Of a DNA stretch of 64,000 nt, positions 1 to 8,961 are shown one piece after another. Position 1 is the first letter of the stretch; the number at the start of each line of letters is the position of its first letter. The stretch is taken from positions 3,857 to 67,856 of the forward strand of contig JBDRML010000001.1 in assembly GCA_043812195.1 (NCBI GenBank). Direction: 5' to 3'. The DNA comes from Candidatus Woesearchaeota archaeon. GTDB taxonomy: Archaea; Nanobdellota; Nanobdellia; SCGC-AAA011-G17; PNOQ01. The translations under genes and the position numbers were made by a program. Under the pieces are notes generated by a model. It was not told where the DNA came from. It saw only the letters and a program-made list of their open reading frames with translations, and made no database searches.

Positions 1-49
1 ATTAACTTTTTTATTCACATTAATCACTTTAGGAATAATTAGTTATTTA

Positions 50-631
50 GTGTACACAGATGTGAAAGATATAATAGATACACCAAAACTAATCATTTTA
101 GATTCAAACAATAAAATACAAACAGGATACATAATAAATCAAGAAACACAAGATCCAATATCTCCAGATAAACTAAATGAAATAAACGAGAAATATAAGA
201 CAAATTCATTAGCATCTATAACTGAAGGAAAATACAGGCTATTCATTTTAAAATCAACAATATTCAATGAATTACCAGAGCAAATAGGATATAAAAATAT
301 AACATATCCTAAAAAAAGCTTAATTAGATCATTAGATACAAATACATCAGAAGAATTCTTAAATGAACTAGGAGTCTACCAAGAAGATATAATTGGCATA
401 ATTTCGGATACACTTTCAGAAGAAGACATAATAAAATACAAAGCAACAGTAACAGGGATATTATTATTCAAATTAGCAGAAGACCCTAAAAAATTAATAA
501 AACAGATAAACTCAGAAAACTTCAAAATGTACCCAAGCTCAATAACAATAACTATAATAAATCAAATACCTTCAATATTATTAGAATCACAAATTAAAGC
601 CAGACTATCTGGCATAAAAATAGGAGAATAA
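50..631 (+). CDS. hypothetical protein
   Basis: 193-aa ORF in the track with no recognisable motifs; codon usage is typical for the window. Confidence 0.45.
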   Translation: MYTDVKDIIDTPKLIILDSNNKIQTGYIINQETQDPISPDKLNEINEKYKTNSLASITEGKYRLFILKSTIFNELPEQIGYKNITYPKKSLIRSLDTNTSEEFLNELGVYQEDIIGIISDTLSEEDIIKYKATVTGILLFKLAEDPKKLIKQINSENFKMYPSSITITIINQIPSILLESQIKARLSGIKIGE

Positions 632-632
632 T

Positions 633-761
633 ATGCAAGTCTTAAAACCATGTCAAATATGTAAGCAAGCAATAGCAAAACATAATTGCCAAAAATGCGG
701 AGCACATGTTTGCGATTCATGCTTCAACAAAGAAAAGAATATTTGTACAAATTGTAAATAA
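633..761 (+). CDS. small zinc-ribbon protein (42 aa, four CxxC pairs)
   Basis: ATG at 633 with stop TAA at 759-761; translation MQVLKPCQICKQAIAKHNCQKCGAHVCDSCFNKEKNICTNCK; not in the ORF track (<60 aa). Confidence 0.45.
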   Translation: MQVLKPCQICKQAIAKHNCQKCGAHVCDSCFNKEKNICTNCK

Positions 762-779
762 TCAAAAGGAGGTGAACAA

Positions 780-989
780 ATGGCAGAAGCAGCAGCTTTT
801 ACAGCAGGATTTTGGGTATTGTTAATGTTAATCTCTGTTTGGGGATTAATATGGAAAGGATTGGCATTATGGGCATCAGCAAGAAACAAAAGCACAGCAT
901 GGTTTGTAGTGTTATTAATATTCAATACAGCAGGTATCTTACCTATAATTTATTTAGGTTTCTTCAATAAGAAAAAAAGAAGAAAATAG
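780..989 (+). CDS. small membrane protein
   Basis: two hydrophobic helices; strong SD-like aaaggaggtga 6 nt upstream of the ATG. Confidence 0.55.
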   Translation: MAEAAAFTAGFWVLLMLISVWGLIWKGLALWASARNKSTAWFVVLLIFNTAGILPIIYLGFFNKKKRRK

Positions 990-1023
990 ATAACTTTTAA
1001 TTCTTTTATTATCTATCCCAATC

Positions 1024-1548
1024 ATGGAAATAGATGAATACCTAGAAGAAGAACAAGAATCCAAATTAAAGAAAATACTTGTTATTATTGGGGGCATAAT
1101 TCTGATCATCTTAATTATTTCTTATTTAATAGTAAGTTTTCCAATTTTCCAGATATTAGAAAGCCTATCAGAATCAAATATAGCAGAAGATCAAAAAATA
1201 GACATAGACGATTTTTCAATAATATTCACAAAAGAAACATACAACAAATTGCAAGAACTATATCATAAAAACCTTGAGGTAGAATTTGTAGCGTGTTTAC
1301 AAGGAATAAAAGAAACAGATTATAACATCAATCAAATTTATACACCAGAGATAATAGATCAGTCCTTCAACCATGTAAGTTTCAAACCTTGTTCACAAGA
1401 CACATTAATAGTCTTACATTCACATCCTTATCGACACTGCATAGGATCAGAGCAAGATATAAGACATCTTAATGAACTAAAAGAAAGAAATGAAAATAGT
1501 TTAATTATCATTATGTGTGAAGAAAATAGATTCACAGTCTACAATTAG
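1024..1548 (+). CDS. JAB/MPN (JAMM) metalloprotease-like protein with N-terminal TM helix
   Basis: HSHPYRHCIGSEQD fits the JAMM motif HxHx7Sx2D, with an upstream Glu (EVEF). Confidence 0.55.
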   Translation: MEIDEYLEEEQESKLKKILVIIGGIILIILIISYLIVSFPIFQILESLSESNIAEDQKIDIDDFSIIFTKETYNKLQELYHKNLEVEFVACLQGIKETDYNINQIYTPEIIDQSFNHVSFKPCSQDTLIVLHSHPYRHCIGSEQDIRHLNELKERNENSLIIIMCEENRFTVYN

Positions 1549-1597
1549 AAAATCTGTTAACCGAATATCTTAAATAGTTACAATATCTTATAGATCT

Positions 1598-1873
1598 ATG
1601 CCAATAATATCTGATAAAAAAGTCAAAAGAATAAAGGAAGAAGTATTATTTACATTATTTGATTCACCATTAAATCCATTATATACATCTCAAATAGCTG
1701 ATAAATTAATAAGAGATGAAGAGTTTACATTAAGACTACTTAAAGAACTCTTAAAAGATGGTTTAATAGAAGAAATAAATAAAAACACCGACGGTAAACC
1801 ATTATTAAGGAGAAAGAAATGGTTATTAAAACCTCATGTTTATTCTGCATACAAATCGCTTTCTAAGGCCTAA
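1598..1873 (+). CDS. winged-helix DNA-binding protein
   Basis: 91 aa; wHTH-like core (SQIADKLIRDEEFTLRLLKELLKDGLIEE). Confidence 0.4.
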   Translation: MPIISDKKVKRIKEEVLFTLFDSPLNPLYTSQIADKLIRDEEFTLRLLKELLKDGLIEEINKNTDGKPLLRRKKWLLKPHVYSAYKSLSKA

Positions 1874-1990
1874 TCAAGGCCTAATCAATCAATCACTCAA
1901 CGTTTAAGCACTGGCCAATCACTCATCAAGCACATCCTAAGCACTAATCACTCACATAATTTATTTAAACAATCACACACTCACTAATAT
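1861..1990 (+). promoter_or_regulatory. iteron-like cluster of AATCACTCA motifs upstream of the wHTH gene
   Basis: caatcactcaacg, caatcactcatcaag, taatcactcacat and caatcacacactcac within 130 bp; atypically C-rich for this genome. Confidence 0.4.
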
Positions 1991-2575
1991 ATGACAGAAT
2001 CACCAATAAAACATGCATTTTCTAGGGTTAAAGAAGATATAAAGGTCCTAGATGCTAAATTCGAGCTTATTAACTCTAAATTAGACCAAATTCTTCAAAA
2101 AAGAGACCCAAATAAGCCCAATTCTAATGAATTTAACGAAGATAAGCCCCAAAATGTCCAAATTCAACAAATCTCCAGTGGAAATGAAGGGGTCCAATCA
2201 ATCAATCACTCAACAATCACTCAACAATCACTCAACAATCACTCACTCAACAATCAATCAAAAAGAATAGAAGATAGGTTTAAATCACTCACAAATCAAG
2301 AATTCAGAGTATTTCTCACAATTTACAATTTAGAAGACCAATTAGGAAGAGGTATAAATTACGATGATATAGCCTCTAAATTAAATTTATCGACGAGCTG
2401 TATTCGCTCATATATCAGTTCTATGCTCAAAAAGGGTCTCCCTATTACAAAATCAAAACTAAACAATAGATCAACAATACTCATAATTAACCCTCACTTT
2501 CGAGAATTAGGCCTAAAAGATAATCTTACAAAAGTATATTTAGGGCAAGATCCCAATCAAACTACCTTATTCTAA
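1991..2575 (+). CDS. coiled-coil / C-terminal wHTH DNA-binding protein (Rep- or regulator-like)
   Basis: C-terminal wHTH (FRVFLTIYNLEDQLGRGINYDDIASKLNLSTSCIRSYISSMLKKGL); contains an in-frame 11-bp tandem repeat; paralogous architecture to 3031..3594. Confidence 0.55.
   Translation: MTESPIKHAFSRVKEDIKVLDAKFELINSKLDQILQKRDPNKPNSNEFNEDKPQNVQIQQISSGNEGVQSINHSTITQQSLNNHSLNNQSKRIEDRFKSLTNQEFRVFLTIYNLEDQLGRGINYDDIASKLNLSTSCIRSYISSMLKKGLPITKSKLNNRSTILIINPHFRELGLKDNLTKVYLGQDPNQTTLF
2194..2261 (+). repeat. tandem 11-bp repeat (CAATCACTCAA) x ~5 inside the CDS, encoding the SINHSTITQQSLNNHSLNNQS segment
   Basis: direct reading of the sequence at 2194-2261; the same motif recurs upstream at 1861-1990. 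Confidence 0.8.
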
Positions 2576-2919
2576 ACAAATACTCTCACTTTTTCAATAA
2601 AATTAGCCAAAATTATCTAATTTTAGCCATATTTCCCTAGTTTTTCCTCTCACTTAACTAAACCTAGACCGTTTAGTCTCTATTTTTTATATTATACATA
2701 CTCTAACATTAGGTATATTACAAAAATTCTATATTAAAAATCCCAGAGATAAGGATCTCTCACCCACCCACCCTGTGCTAACAAAAAATAGACAAATATA
2801 CTCTAAATACTAATCTCACAATACGAAATCTATACATTTTCAATTAACTAAATAAGTAAATTCTAAAAATAATATACTCTATAAAAAATCATATAAAATT
2901 AATGTTAGAAAACTGTTCG

Positions 2920-2995
2920 GTAATTGTTCGCCGAACATTCGCCGAACGTTCTACGAACAGTCTATAGACGTCTACGAACATTCGCCGAACATTTC
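2920..2995 (+). promoter_or_regulatory. cluster of inverted/direct TTCGCCGAACA / TACGAACA repeats (operator-like)
   Basis: ctgttcgg..gttcgccgaacattcgccgaacgttctacgaacag..gtctacgaacattcgccgaacat; palindromic halves tgttcgg/ccgaaca; lies in a 450-bp intergenic region upstream of the paralogous wHTH gene. Confidence 0.45.
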
Positions 2996-3000
2996 AAAAA

Positions 3001-3010
3001 GTTTATATAG
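3001..3010 (+). promoter_or_regulatory. TATA-like box (gtttatatag) ~25 nt upstream of the 3031 start
   Basis: position and sequence fit the archaeal TATA for a leaderless transcript. Confidence 0.35.
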
Positions 3011-3030
3011 ACAAGATTCTTAAGAAAAGT

Positions 3031-3594
3031 ATGTTAGATTGGTTATTCAAAAAAAGAGAAGATAAGGATTTTACAAAAAAATTTAATGAAGTGGAGTCCA
3101 CTTTAAAGACGTCATTCTCAAATATTAAAGAAGATATGAAAATTTTATTCGAACATACTGAAAAAGCACATTCAAAACACTCAAAACATGAAGAGAATTT
3201 TCAAAAGATACACCAAAGATTATTAGCATTAGAAGCATTAATCTATAAAGACAAAGATATTGAAGAGGTAGTAAATGAAATAGAAGAAATAGAGACAGAA
3301 GAAAGAGATCATCTAACAGAAATTTCACAAAAAATATGCATGGTATTAGCTGCACTAGGTAAAGAAAATCCAGAAAAATTAATACCATTAAAAATACTGG
3401 CAGAAGAAATGTATCCAGATAAGAAGTATCAAGGAATAAGATCCACAATATCACAATACACGACAGAACTAGAGAAATTAGGGTATATTCAAAAGAAAAG
3501 AAGAGGGAGGCAAGTATATATAAAGTCGACAGAAAAGAATCCTTATTTAAAAAAACAAACAAAACAAAAAAAGAAAATAAAAGTTAAAAACTAA
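3031..3594 (+). CDS. coiled-coil / C-terminal wHTH DNA-binding protein (paralog of 1991..2575)
   Basis: same domain order; C-terminal wHTH and basic tail. Confidence 0.55.
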   Translation: MLDWLFKKREDKDFTKKFNEVESTLKTSFSNIKEDMKILFEHTEKAHSKHSKHEENFQKIHQRLLALEALIYKDKDIEEVVNEIEEIETEERDHLTEISQKICMVLAALGKENPEKLIPLKILAEEMYPDKKYQGIRSTISQYTTELEKLGYIQKKRRGRQVYIKSTEKNPYLKKQTKQKKKIKVKN

Positions 3595-3632
3595 AAGTTT
3601 AAATACTATTAATTCTAAAATTAAGTTAAGAG

Positions 3633-3905
3633 GTGTTTACATTGCCCAAAGCTAAAAAGAAAAAAACAACTAAAAAAGCTATTAAAAAGACATTAAAAAA
3701 AGCACCAGCAATACCAATAAACCCAATAAAAAGAAATATCTGTAAAAGCCATACACCCTATGTAAATCCTTTAAGCATAGTTCTTTATTTAATCGGATTG
3801 ATAGTTATCATTTATGGTGCCTGGTTCCGTGAGTTACTCTGGTTAATGTTAGGGTTTGTACCAATAATAGTTGGAGTTTGGTGGGCATATATCATTAAAA
3901 AATGA
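3633..3905 (+). CDS. small basic membrane protein (GTG start)
   Basis: Lys-rich N-terminus followed by two TM helices. Confidence 0.4.
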   Translation: MFTLPKAKKKKTTKKAIKKTLKKAPAIPINPIKRNICKSHTPYVNPLSIVLYLIGLIVIIYGAWFRELLWLMLGFVPIIVGVWWAYIIKK

Positions 3906-4115
3906 AAAACCAAAGAAGAAAAATATTGGATTGGGTCTGGATCAAACAGAATTTCTGGAATGTAGTATTAATATGGATAATATGGCAGATAATAGTTGCA
4001 GTGATTTTTGCAATAATTACTCAATTATTTGGTATTCCAATAGCTTAAAACCTTTAAGCAATGCTTAAAACATAAAAATAGTTAACTTTATAGTTTTTTT
4101 TGTATTTACCTATTT

Positions 4116-4397
4116 ATGGTAAAAATAATAAGCATTTGGTATCATAAATTAGAATCTCATTATGGTATAAATGATAGTCCTTATTCGGAAAGGAAACCAG
4201 ATACTTATTTTATTAAAGAAACAATTAATAATGGTCTAGAATCAAAAGTAATAAAAATGTTAGAAGAAAAAGATTTATTAAAAAGAGGTATAATTGTTCA
4301 ATTATCATATTCTAACGACGAAGAAAAGGAAAAGGTTACCAAATTAGGCCAAATAATGCAAAAAATAAACCCCAAAGTCAAAATTACTAAAGAGTAG
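4116..4397 (+). CDS. hypothetical protein
   Basis: ORF track only. Confidence 0.35.
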   Translation: MVKIISIWYHKLESHYGINDSPYSERKPDTYFIKETINNGLESKVIKMLEEKDLLKRGIIVQLSYSNDEEKEKVTKLGQIMQKINPKVKITKE

Positions 4398-4442
4398 TAA
4401 CAAATAGAAAAGTTTTTAAAGACAAATTACTATAATCATAAC

Positions 4443-5063
4443 ATGACACATGAACAAGATATATTTGATTTAAGTAATATAAGATCGGTTCCAAGAGAGA
4501 GATTAAGAAAGGGTGGCCCAATAAAATTAGCAAATATTCATATAAACTCTTTAGATCCAATAAATTTTAACATAACAGAAATAAGATTTAATGCCGAACA
4601 GAGTTTAGATACACAAATAAAACAAAGAATTTCTCCTATTAGAGATAAATTAACTATTTTGGGGTTTGATGGAGATAAGTTGTATACAGCCATATATGAA
4701 GCAGTAAGAAATGCGCATCAACACGGAAATAAATCAGATCATTCTAAACCAGTTAAAGTTGGTTTGAGATATTCAAAAGACCACATTGAATGCATAGTTT
4801 CAGATTTAGGGCAAGAACTAGATCCCGAATTTGCAAGTTATGTATTATTCCACAGATTAGGTTGTCAAGACGAAGTTAAACCAACAGATTTCTATAGTTT
4901 TACCGGAAGAGAAAAACCAAATCCAAATAATGGAACAGGAACATATTTTATGCATTTATACTCAGATGAAGTTAAATATTGTATATCTCCAGAAGGGGGA
5001 TTACTAGTTTTATTATCCCAAAAGAAAAGAGAGAGAAAAACATCAAACAGAGAATTTACTTAG
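4443..5063 (+). CDS. GHKL/HATPase-like protein (RsbW-type kinase-like)
   Basis: N-box-like EAVRNAHQHG followed by G-rich stretches; weak. Confidence 0.35.
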   Translation: MTHEQDIFDLSNIRSVPRERLRKGGPIKLANIHINSLDPINFNITEIRFNAEQSLDTQIKQRISPIRDKLTILGFDGDKLYTAIYEAVRNAHQHGNKSDHSKPVKVGLRYSKDHIECIVSDLGQELDPEFASYVLFHRLGCQDEVKPTDFYSFTGREKPNPNNGTGTYFMHLYSDEVKYCISPEGGLLVLLSQKKRERKTSNREFT

Positions 5064-5122
5064 AATATTAGATTCTTAAGAAATTTAACAAGTTTAATAA
5101 ATAGCTTGATATTTACTTTTTT

Positions 5123-5404
5123 ATGGCATTAGAAGATAACTTAAAATTATATGAAGTCACCATAACAGCATATTTTCCAGAAATCAGTGATAGAATAGAC
5201 TACAGAATGTACACTCCAGCAACAAACGGAGAAGATATAATAAAGAGGATAGAAAAAGAAAGGAGAAGAATACTTTTTTTAACAAGAACACGAGATGACA
5301 CAATAGGAACAGCAGAAATAACACAATTTGCTGAAGTTCGCATAGAAGGCTATGAAATAACATTAAAAAAGCTAAATACTCAAGAGAAAAGATACCTAAA
5401 ATAA
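5123..5404 (+). CDS. hypothetical protein
   Basis: ORF track; the overlapping antisense ORF 5184..5444 is judged spurious. Confidence 0.4.
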   Translation: MALEDNLKLYEVTITAYFPEISDRIDYRMYTPATNGEDIIKRIEKERRRILFLTRTRDDTIGTAEITQFAEVRIEGYEITLKKLNTQEKRYLK

Positions 5405-5561
5405 ACATAGTTCGCCTAACATACATGAGAACCAGGCTTTTCACCCAAAATAAGCCATTTTATACTCATTCTTACCAAAACACCACACTTCTACCAATTC
5501 TGTGGTGGAAATAAGCCCAAAACACAACATATATAAGCAAGTATTGCGTTTTTTATGTTAA

Positions 5562-6188
5562 ATGGACAAAAAAGAGGCTAATAAAGGTTCTATCAAAAAA
5601 TCCAAACAAAAGTACAATATTTACTATCTCTCTATGGATGATATGAACAAGATAATAAATGTCGCCAAATCACTCAGAGATTCATTAGTATTAAAAATAT
5701 TAGCTAGAACTGGAATGAGGAGATTTGAATTATGCAATCTTAGAATACAAGATGTAGACTTTACTAAAAAGAGGATATATATACCAAAAGCAAAAGGAAA
5801 CAAACCAAGAACAGTACCAATAGATCAAGACACACTCCAAACAGTAAAGTTTTACATTGGGTCAAGGCAACATGGAAAACTCATTCAAAGCAACAAAAAA
5901 GATGTTGATGGGTTGGATGAAAGTAGAATTAATGCAATAATGAAGAATACAGCAGAAAAGGCTGGAATAAAACATCCAGATCCAATTAAAAAACATATGA
6001 ATCCTCATATATTCAGACATAGCTTCATTAGACATCTAATTAAGGTGGGTATGCCTCCGAATTATGTACAACAAATAGCAGGGCACTCAGATATCAGGAC
6101 AACACTACAAATGTATGGGATACCTGGTATAGAAGACATACAAGAGAAATATGATCAAATTGTAGAATCTTTTTACACAACAACATAA
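5562..6188 (+). CDS. tyrosine recombinase/integrase, short form (catalytic domain only)
   Basis: catalytic signature in order: R (ARTGMRRFELCNL), HxxR (HIFRHSF), Y (GHSDIRTTLQMYG); 208 aa, so it lacks a long N-terminal core-binding domain. Confidence 0.75.
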   Translation: MDKKEANKGSIKKSKQKYNIYYLSMDDMNKIINVAKSLRDSLVLKILARTGMRRFELCNLRIQDVDFTKKRIYIPKAKGNKPRTVPIDQDTLQTVKFYIGSRQHGKLIQSNKKDVDGLDESRINAIMKNTAEKAGIKHPDPIKKHMNPHIFRHSFIRHLIKVGMPPNYVQQIAGHSDIRTTLQMYGIPGIEDIQEKYDQIVESFYTTT

Positions 6189-6244
6189 CAAGCTTGCCAA
6201 ACACCGACGGAAAGTATTTAAATTAATAAATCAATTAAGTTAAA

Positions 6245-6607
6245 ATGAAAAATAAAGGAGTATCTAACACAGTAAGAATCAAAATACTAAAAAGAGATAA
6301 CTATGAATGCCAAAAATGCGGAGAAGCAGATAAAACAAGCAAAACACTAGAGATACACCATGTAAATCCATTTTATCAAAGCCACGACGACAGTTTTAAT
6401 AATCTAATCACATTATGTTCAACTTGCCACAAATATGCTCCCAATTCTACAGAAGAGTTTCAAGGGTATATATCTGATCAAATTAGTGCAATCGCGACGG
6501 TATTGTCTAAAATATTTAAAAAAGTTATAGAAGAATATACCGACAAGGAATGGGAAGGACTTGAGCAAGAAATAGAAAAAGAACAGAAACTTCCTATCAA
6601 TACTTAA
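6245..6607 (+). CDS. HNH endonuclease
   Basis: CQKCG...HHVNP...N..LCSTCH HNH/zinc-finger motif. Confidence 0.75.
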   Translation: MKNKGVSNTVRIKILKRDNYECQKCGEADKTSKTLEIHHVNPFYQSHDDSFNNLITLCSTCHKYAPNSTEEFQGYISDQISAIATVLSKIFKKVIEEYTDKEWEGLEQEIEKEQKLPINT

Positions 6608-6783
6608 AACTTATAGGTCTCAAAACTTACTATCAATAATTAAAAGTTATGCACATATATAAAACTAAATAGTTTAATCAAAACTTAAAACTTTAAAACA
6701 TTCAAAAATCCTCGACGGCGTTAATAAGCTTTATATACTAGTAAAATAATAATCAAATATCACTTTAAAAGGGGGTGAATCAT

Positions 6784-6939
6784 TTGGGAAAAGTAATTGC
6801 TAAAAACGTTATCACAAGAAAACCAGGATTTCTTTATTATGTAGACGGACAAGGAAATGTTTGTGAAGCAAAGATGTCTCGTGGTGGCAAAAAAAAGAAG
6901 GTTGCTAAAAAGAAAGTAACAAAGAAAAAGAAGAAGTAA
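6784..6939 (+). CDS. small Lys-rich basic protein (TTG start, 51 aa)
   Basis: aagggggtga SD-like sequence 8 nt upstream; translation LGKVIAKNVITRKPGFLYYVDGQGNVCEAKMSRGGKKKKVAKKKVTKKKKK. Confidence 0.3.
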   Translation: MGKVIAKNVITRKPGFLYYVDGQGNVCEAKMSRGGKKKKVAKKKVTKKKKK

Positions 6940-7051
6940 ATTAATTATTTTATTTTTTTATTTCTTTTAACATAAGAAAGAACTCTAACAATTATTTTTA
7001 TTTATTCAATTTAACAAAAATAATATATACTAGACCTTATTATATTAAACA

Positions 7052-7747
7052 ATGAGAATATTTACAAATATATTTAGGAAAAGAACAGCAAAAAAAGCAA
7101 GATCAACTTTCCAAAACCTAAAACTGATAGATACTACTACTGGAAATTATGAAGATTTTTATGAAAAATTATCAAATAAAAGCCTAATTTTATTAATTAC
7201 AGGAAAAAGAGGAAGTGGCAAAACAGCGTTAGGTATGAAACTATTAGAAATTGCAAATTATACAGGAAAACCATGTTACGCAATCGGATTTCAAGATTCA
7301 AAATTACCAAGATGGATAATAAAATCAAAGAGTTTAGAAGAAGTAACAAATAATTCAGTGGTGCTTGTTGATGAAGGGGGAATAGTATTCAGTTCTAGGG
7401 AAAGCATGGGATCTTCAAATAAATGGCTCAGTAAACTAATGGCAATAGCACGTCATAAAAATATAAGTTTATTCCTAATAACTCAAAATTCAGGAATGAT
7501 AGATCTCAATGTGTTGAGACTTACAGATACAATTATACTAAAAGAACCAAGTCTACTACAATCAACTTTTGAAAGAAAAGCCATAAAGGAAAAATACGAA
7601 GAAGTTAGTAAAATATTCAAAAAACAAGATGAAAAAAGTTCTAAATTTTACATTTGGGATGATGATTTTGAAGGATTAGTAAAATTTGATTTACCTCCCT
7701 TTTGGAATCAATCAATAAGTAAAAGTTTTAGTAAATTAAAAAAATAA
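7052..7747 (+). CDS. P-loop NTPase (Zot-like / plasmid-virus assembly ATPase-like)
   Basis: Walker A GKRGSGKTA and Walker B VVLVDEGG. Confidence 0.55.
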   Translation: MRIFTNIFRKRTAKKARSTFQNLKLIDTTTGNYEDFYEKLSNKSLILLITGKRGSGKTALGMKLLEIANYTGKPCYAIGFQDSKLPRWIIKSKSLEEVTNNSVVLVDEGGIVFSSRESMGSSNKWLSKLMAIARHKNISLFLITQNSGMIDLNVLRLTDTIILKEPSLLQSTFERKAIKEKYEEVSKIFKKQDEKSSKFYIWDDDFEGLVKFDLPPFWNQSISKSFSKLKK

Positions 7748-8146
7748 TTACTTCTTCAAAAATTTATTCAATTCTTGATTCTTTATATCTTGATATTTCT
7801 TAATTTTTCTCCAACCAACTAGATCTAATCTTCTTTTTTCACCACAATTAGGACATTTTGAAGGTTTTTTATTGTCTGTAGTATTAGACATCCATTCCCA
7901 ATTACAACTCTTACACAACATAGTATGTCTAAATAACCCTTCACCATCTGAGGAAGATGCTTCTCCATCATTCATTCTAAATCTAGAGATAAACAAAAAC
8001 AAAATAAGGACAAACAAAGAAAAGATAGCAGCTAATAGGTATTTATTATTAGACATATCCAATAATGACAAAGCAATAAAAGTAAAAATAAACGCAATAA
8101 CATAAACAATCAGATCTTCAACAAGCTGTTTATGAAATTGACCCAT
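7748..8146 (-). CDS. membrane protein with C-terminal zinc ribbon
   Basis: two TM helices, then CKSCNWEW...CPNCGEKRR. Confidence 0.4.
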   Translation of the reverse strand: MGQFHKQLVEDLIVYVIAFIFTFIALSLLDMSNNKYLLAAIFSLFVLILFLFISRFRMNDGEASSSDGEGLFRHTMLCKSCNWEWMSNTTDNKKPSKCPNCGEKRRLDLVGWRKIKKYQDIKNQELNKFLKK

Positions 8147-8176
8147 ATAATAGGGAATCTTACAAAATTTATAAAA

Positions 8177-8884
8177 CTAACCCATATAGCTAATTTCCCT
8201 TTCTTCACTATTTGTTTTTACAACATTAGCTTTTTTAACTATAGTTTTAATCTTTTCTTCGAATTGTTCAGCTTTCTTCAATAAAGGTTTATAATCTACT
8301 CCTAAACCAAGATATTTATCCAAAACCTCAATTATCTTAGCAGCAGCTCTACTATCTGGCAATCCAGTCTTTGTTTCAGCAAATATACACGAAATAGGAA
8401 CTTTATCTGCCTTCAATAATAAGCTCGCACTAACTCCCATAATAATTCCTTCTTCTAAAGGTTTAATTCCAACTTTATCCCACTTCTTAGATTTAATTTT
8501 AGAATAATAATATGCCTCACAACCACCTTTCTCTTTTCCAACTGCACCAACACCCTCAATACTAATAACTTCTTTAGCTTTTAATTTCTTGGCCATCTCT
8601 TCCAAAACATTTGCTAGTTTCCACTCAACACCTTTTATGTTCGTAATAGTATGTAATATAACCAAATTATATTTCTTGTTATAAAAAATTCCCAAAGGAT
8701 CAATCACTTTTTTATCATGAACAGCAACGATAGGGTTCATTTCACTAAACCATATAGAGCCTATCTTAACAGTTTCTAAGTGATCTAATAAAAATTCAGT
8801 AGAAATAGTCCCTACTAATCCAAATCCTGGAAAACCTTCTATAATAGTTACATTTTGTGGTTTTTTCCATAATTCTATTTTCAT
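8177..8884 (-). CDS. PAC2-family proteasome assembly chaperone
   Basis: N-terminal IIEGFPGFGLVGTISTEFLLDHL is typical of the PAC2/COG1938 family. Confidence 0.65.
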   Translation of the reverse strand: MKIELWKKPQNVTIIEGFPGFGLVGTISTEFLLDHLETVKIGSIWFSEMNPIVAVHDKKVIDPLGIFYNKKYNLVILHTITNIKGVEWKLANVLEEMAKKLKAKEVISIEGVGAVGKEKGGCEAYYYSKIKSKKWDKVGIKPLEEGIIMGVSASLLLKADKVPISCIFAETKTGLPDSRAAAKIIEVLDKYLGLGVDYKPLLKKAEQFEEKIKTIVKKANVVKTNSEEREISYMG

Positions 8885-8961
8885 AAAATAACTATTCTTT
8901 CTAATCTTTAAATATCTTTCTATACAAAAACTATATAAAATAGAAAATCAAAATTTCTGCC

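Noticed and set aside
653-925. Antisense or embedded track ORFs (653..925-, 3125..3562-, 5184..5444-, 11154..11660-, 11786..12037-, 16750..17070-, 19237..19449-, 19948..20355-, 23238..23935- set, 24242..25128- set, 25430..25684-, 26321..26512-, 27137..27337-, 31986..33371- set, 35780..36612- set, 38821..39036+, 39907..40558- set, 43539..43790-, 45029..45806- set, 46010..46240+, 47305..47547-, 49537..49749-, 51630..51815+, 54323..55423- set, 56444..56737-, 57201..57404-, 58613..58801-, 60402..60635+, 60807..61049-, 63795..63998+)
   Set aside because: They lie inside, antisense to, or out of frame with longer ORFs that have recognisable domains. Their low-complexity L/F/S-rich translations are typical of AT-rich antisense frames.
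3871-4068. 65-aa ORF
   Set aside because: It overlaps the end of 3633..3905 and has no motifs, so confidence is too low to call.
5562-6188. Tyrosine recombinase as the integron integrase (IntI) of the cassette array
   Set aside because: It is 16 kb away from the first repeat, is only 208 aa (IntI is ~320 aa with an extra insertion), and housekeeping genes (ABC transporter, serS, topA, radB) lie in between. It is more likely an element or Xer-type integrase.
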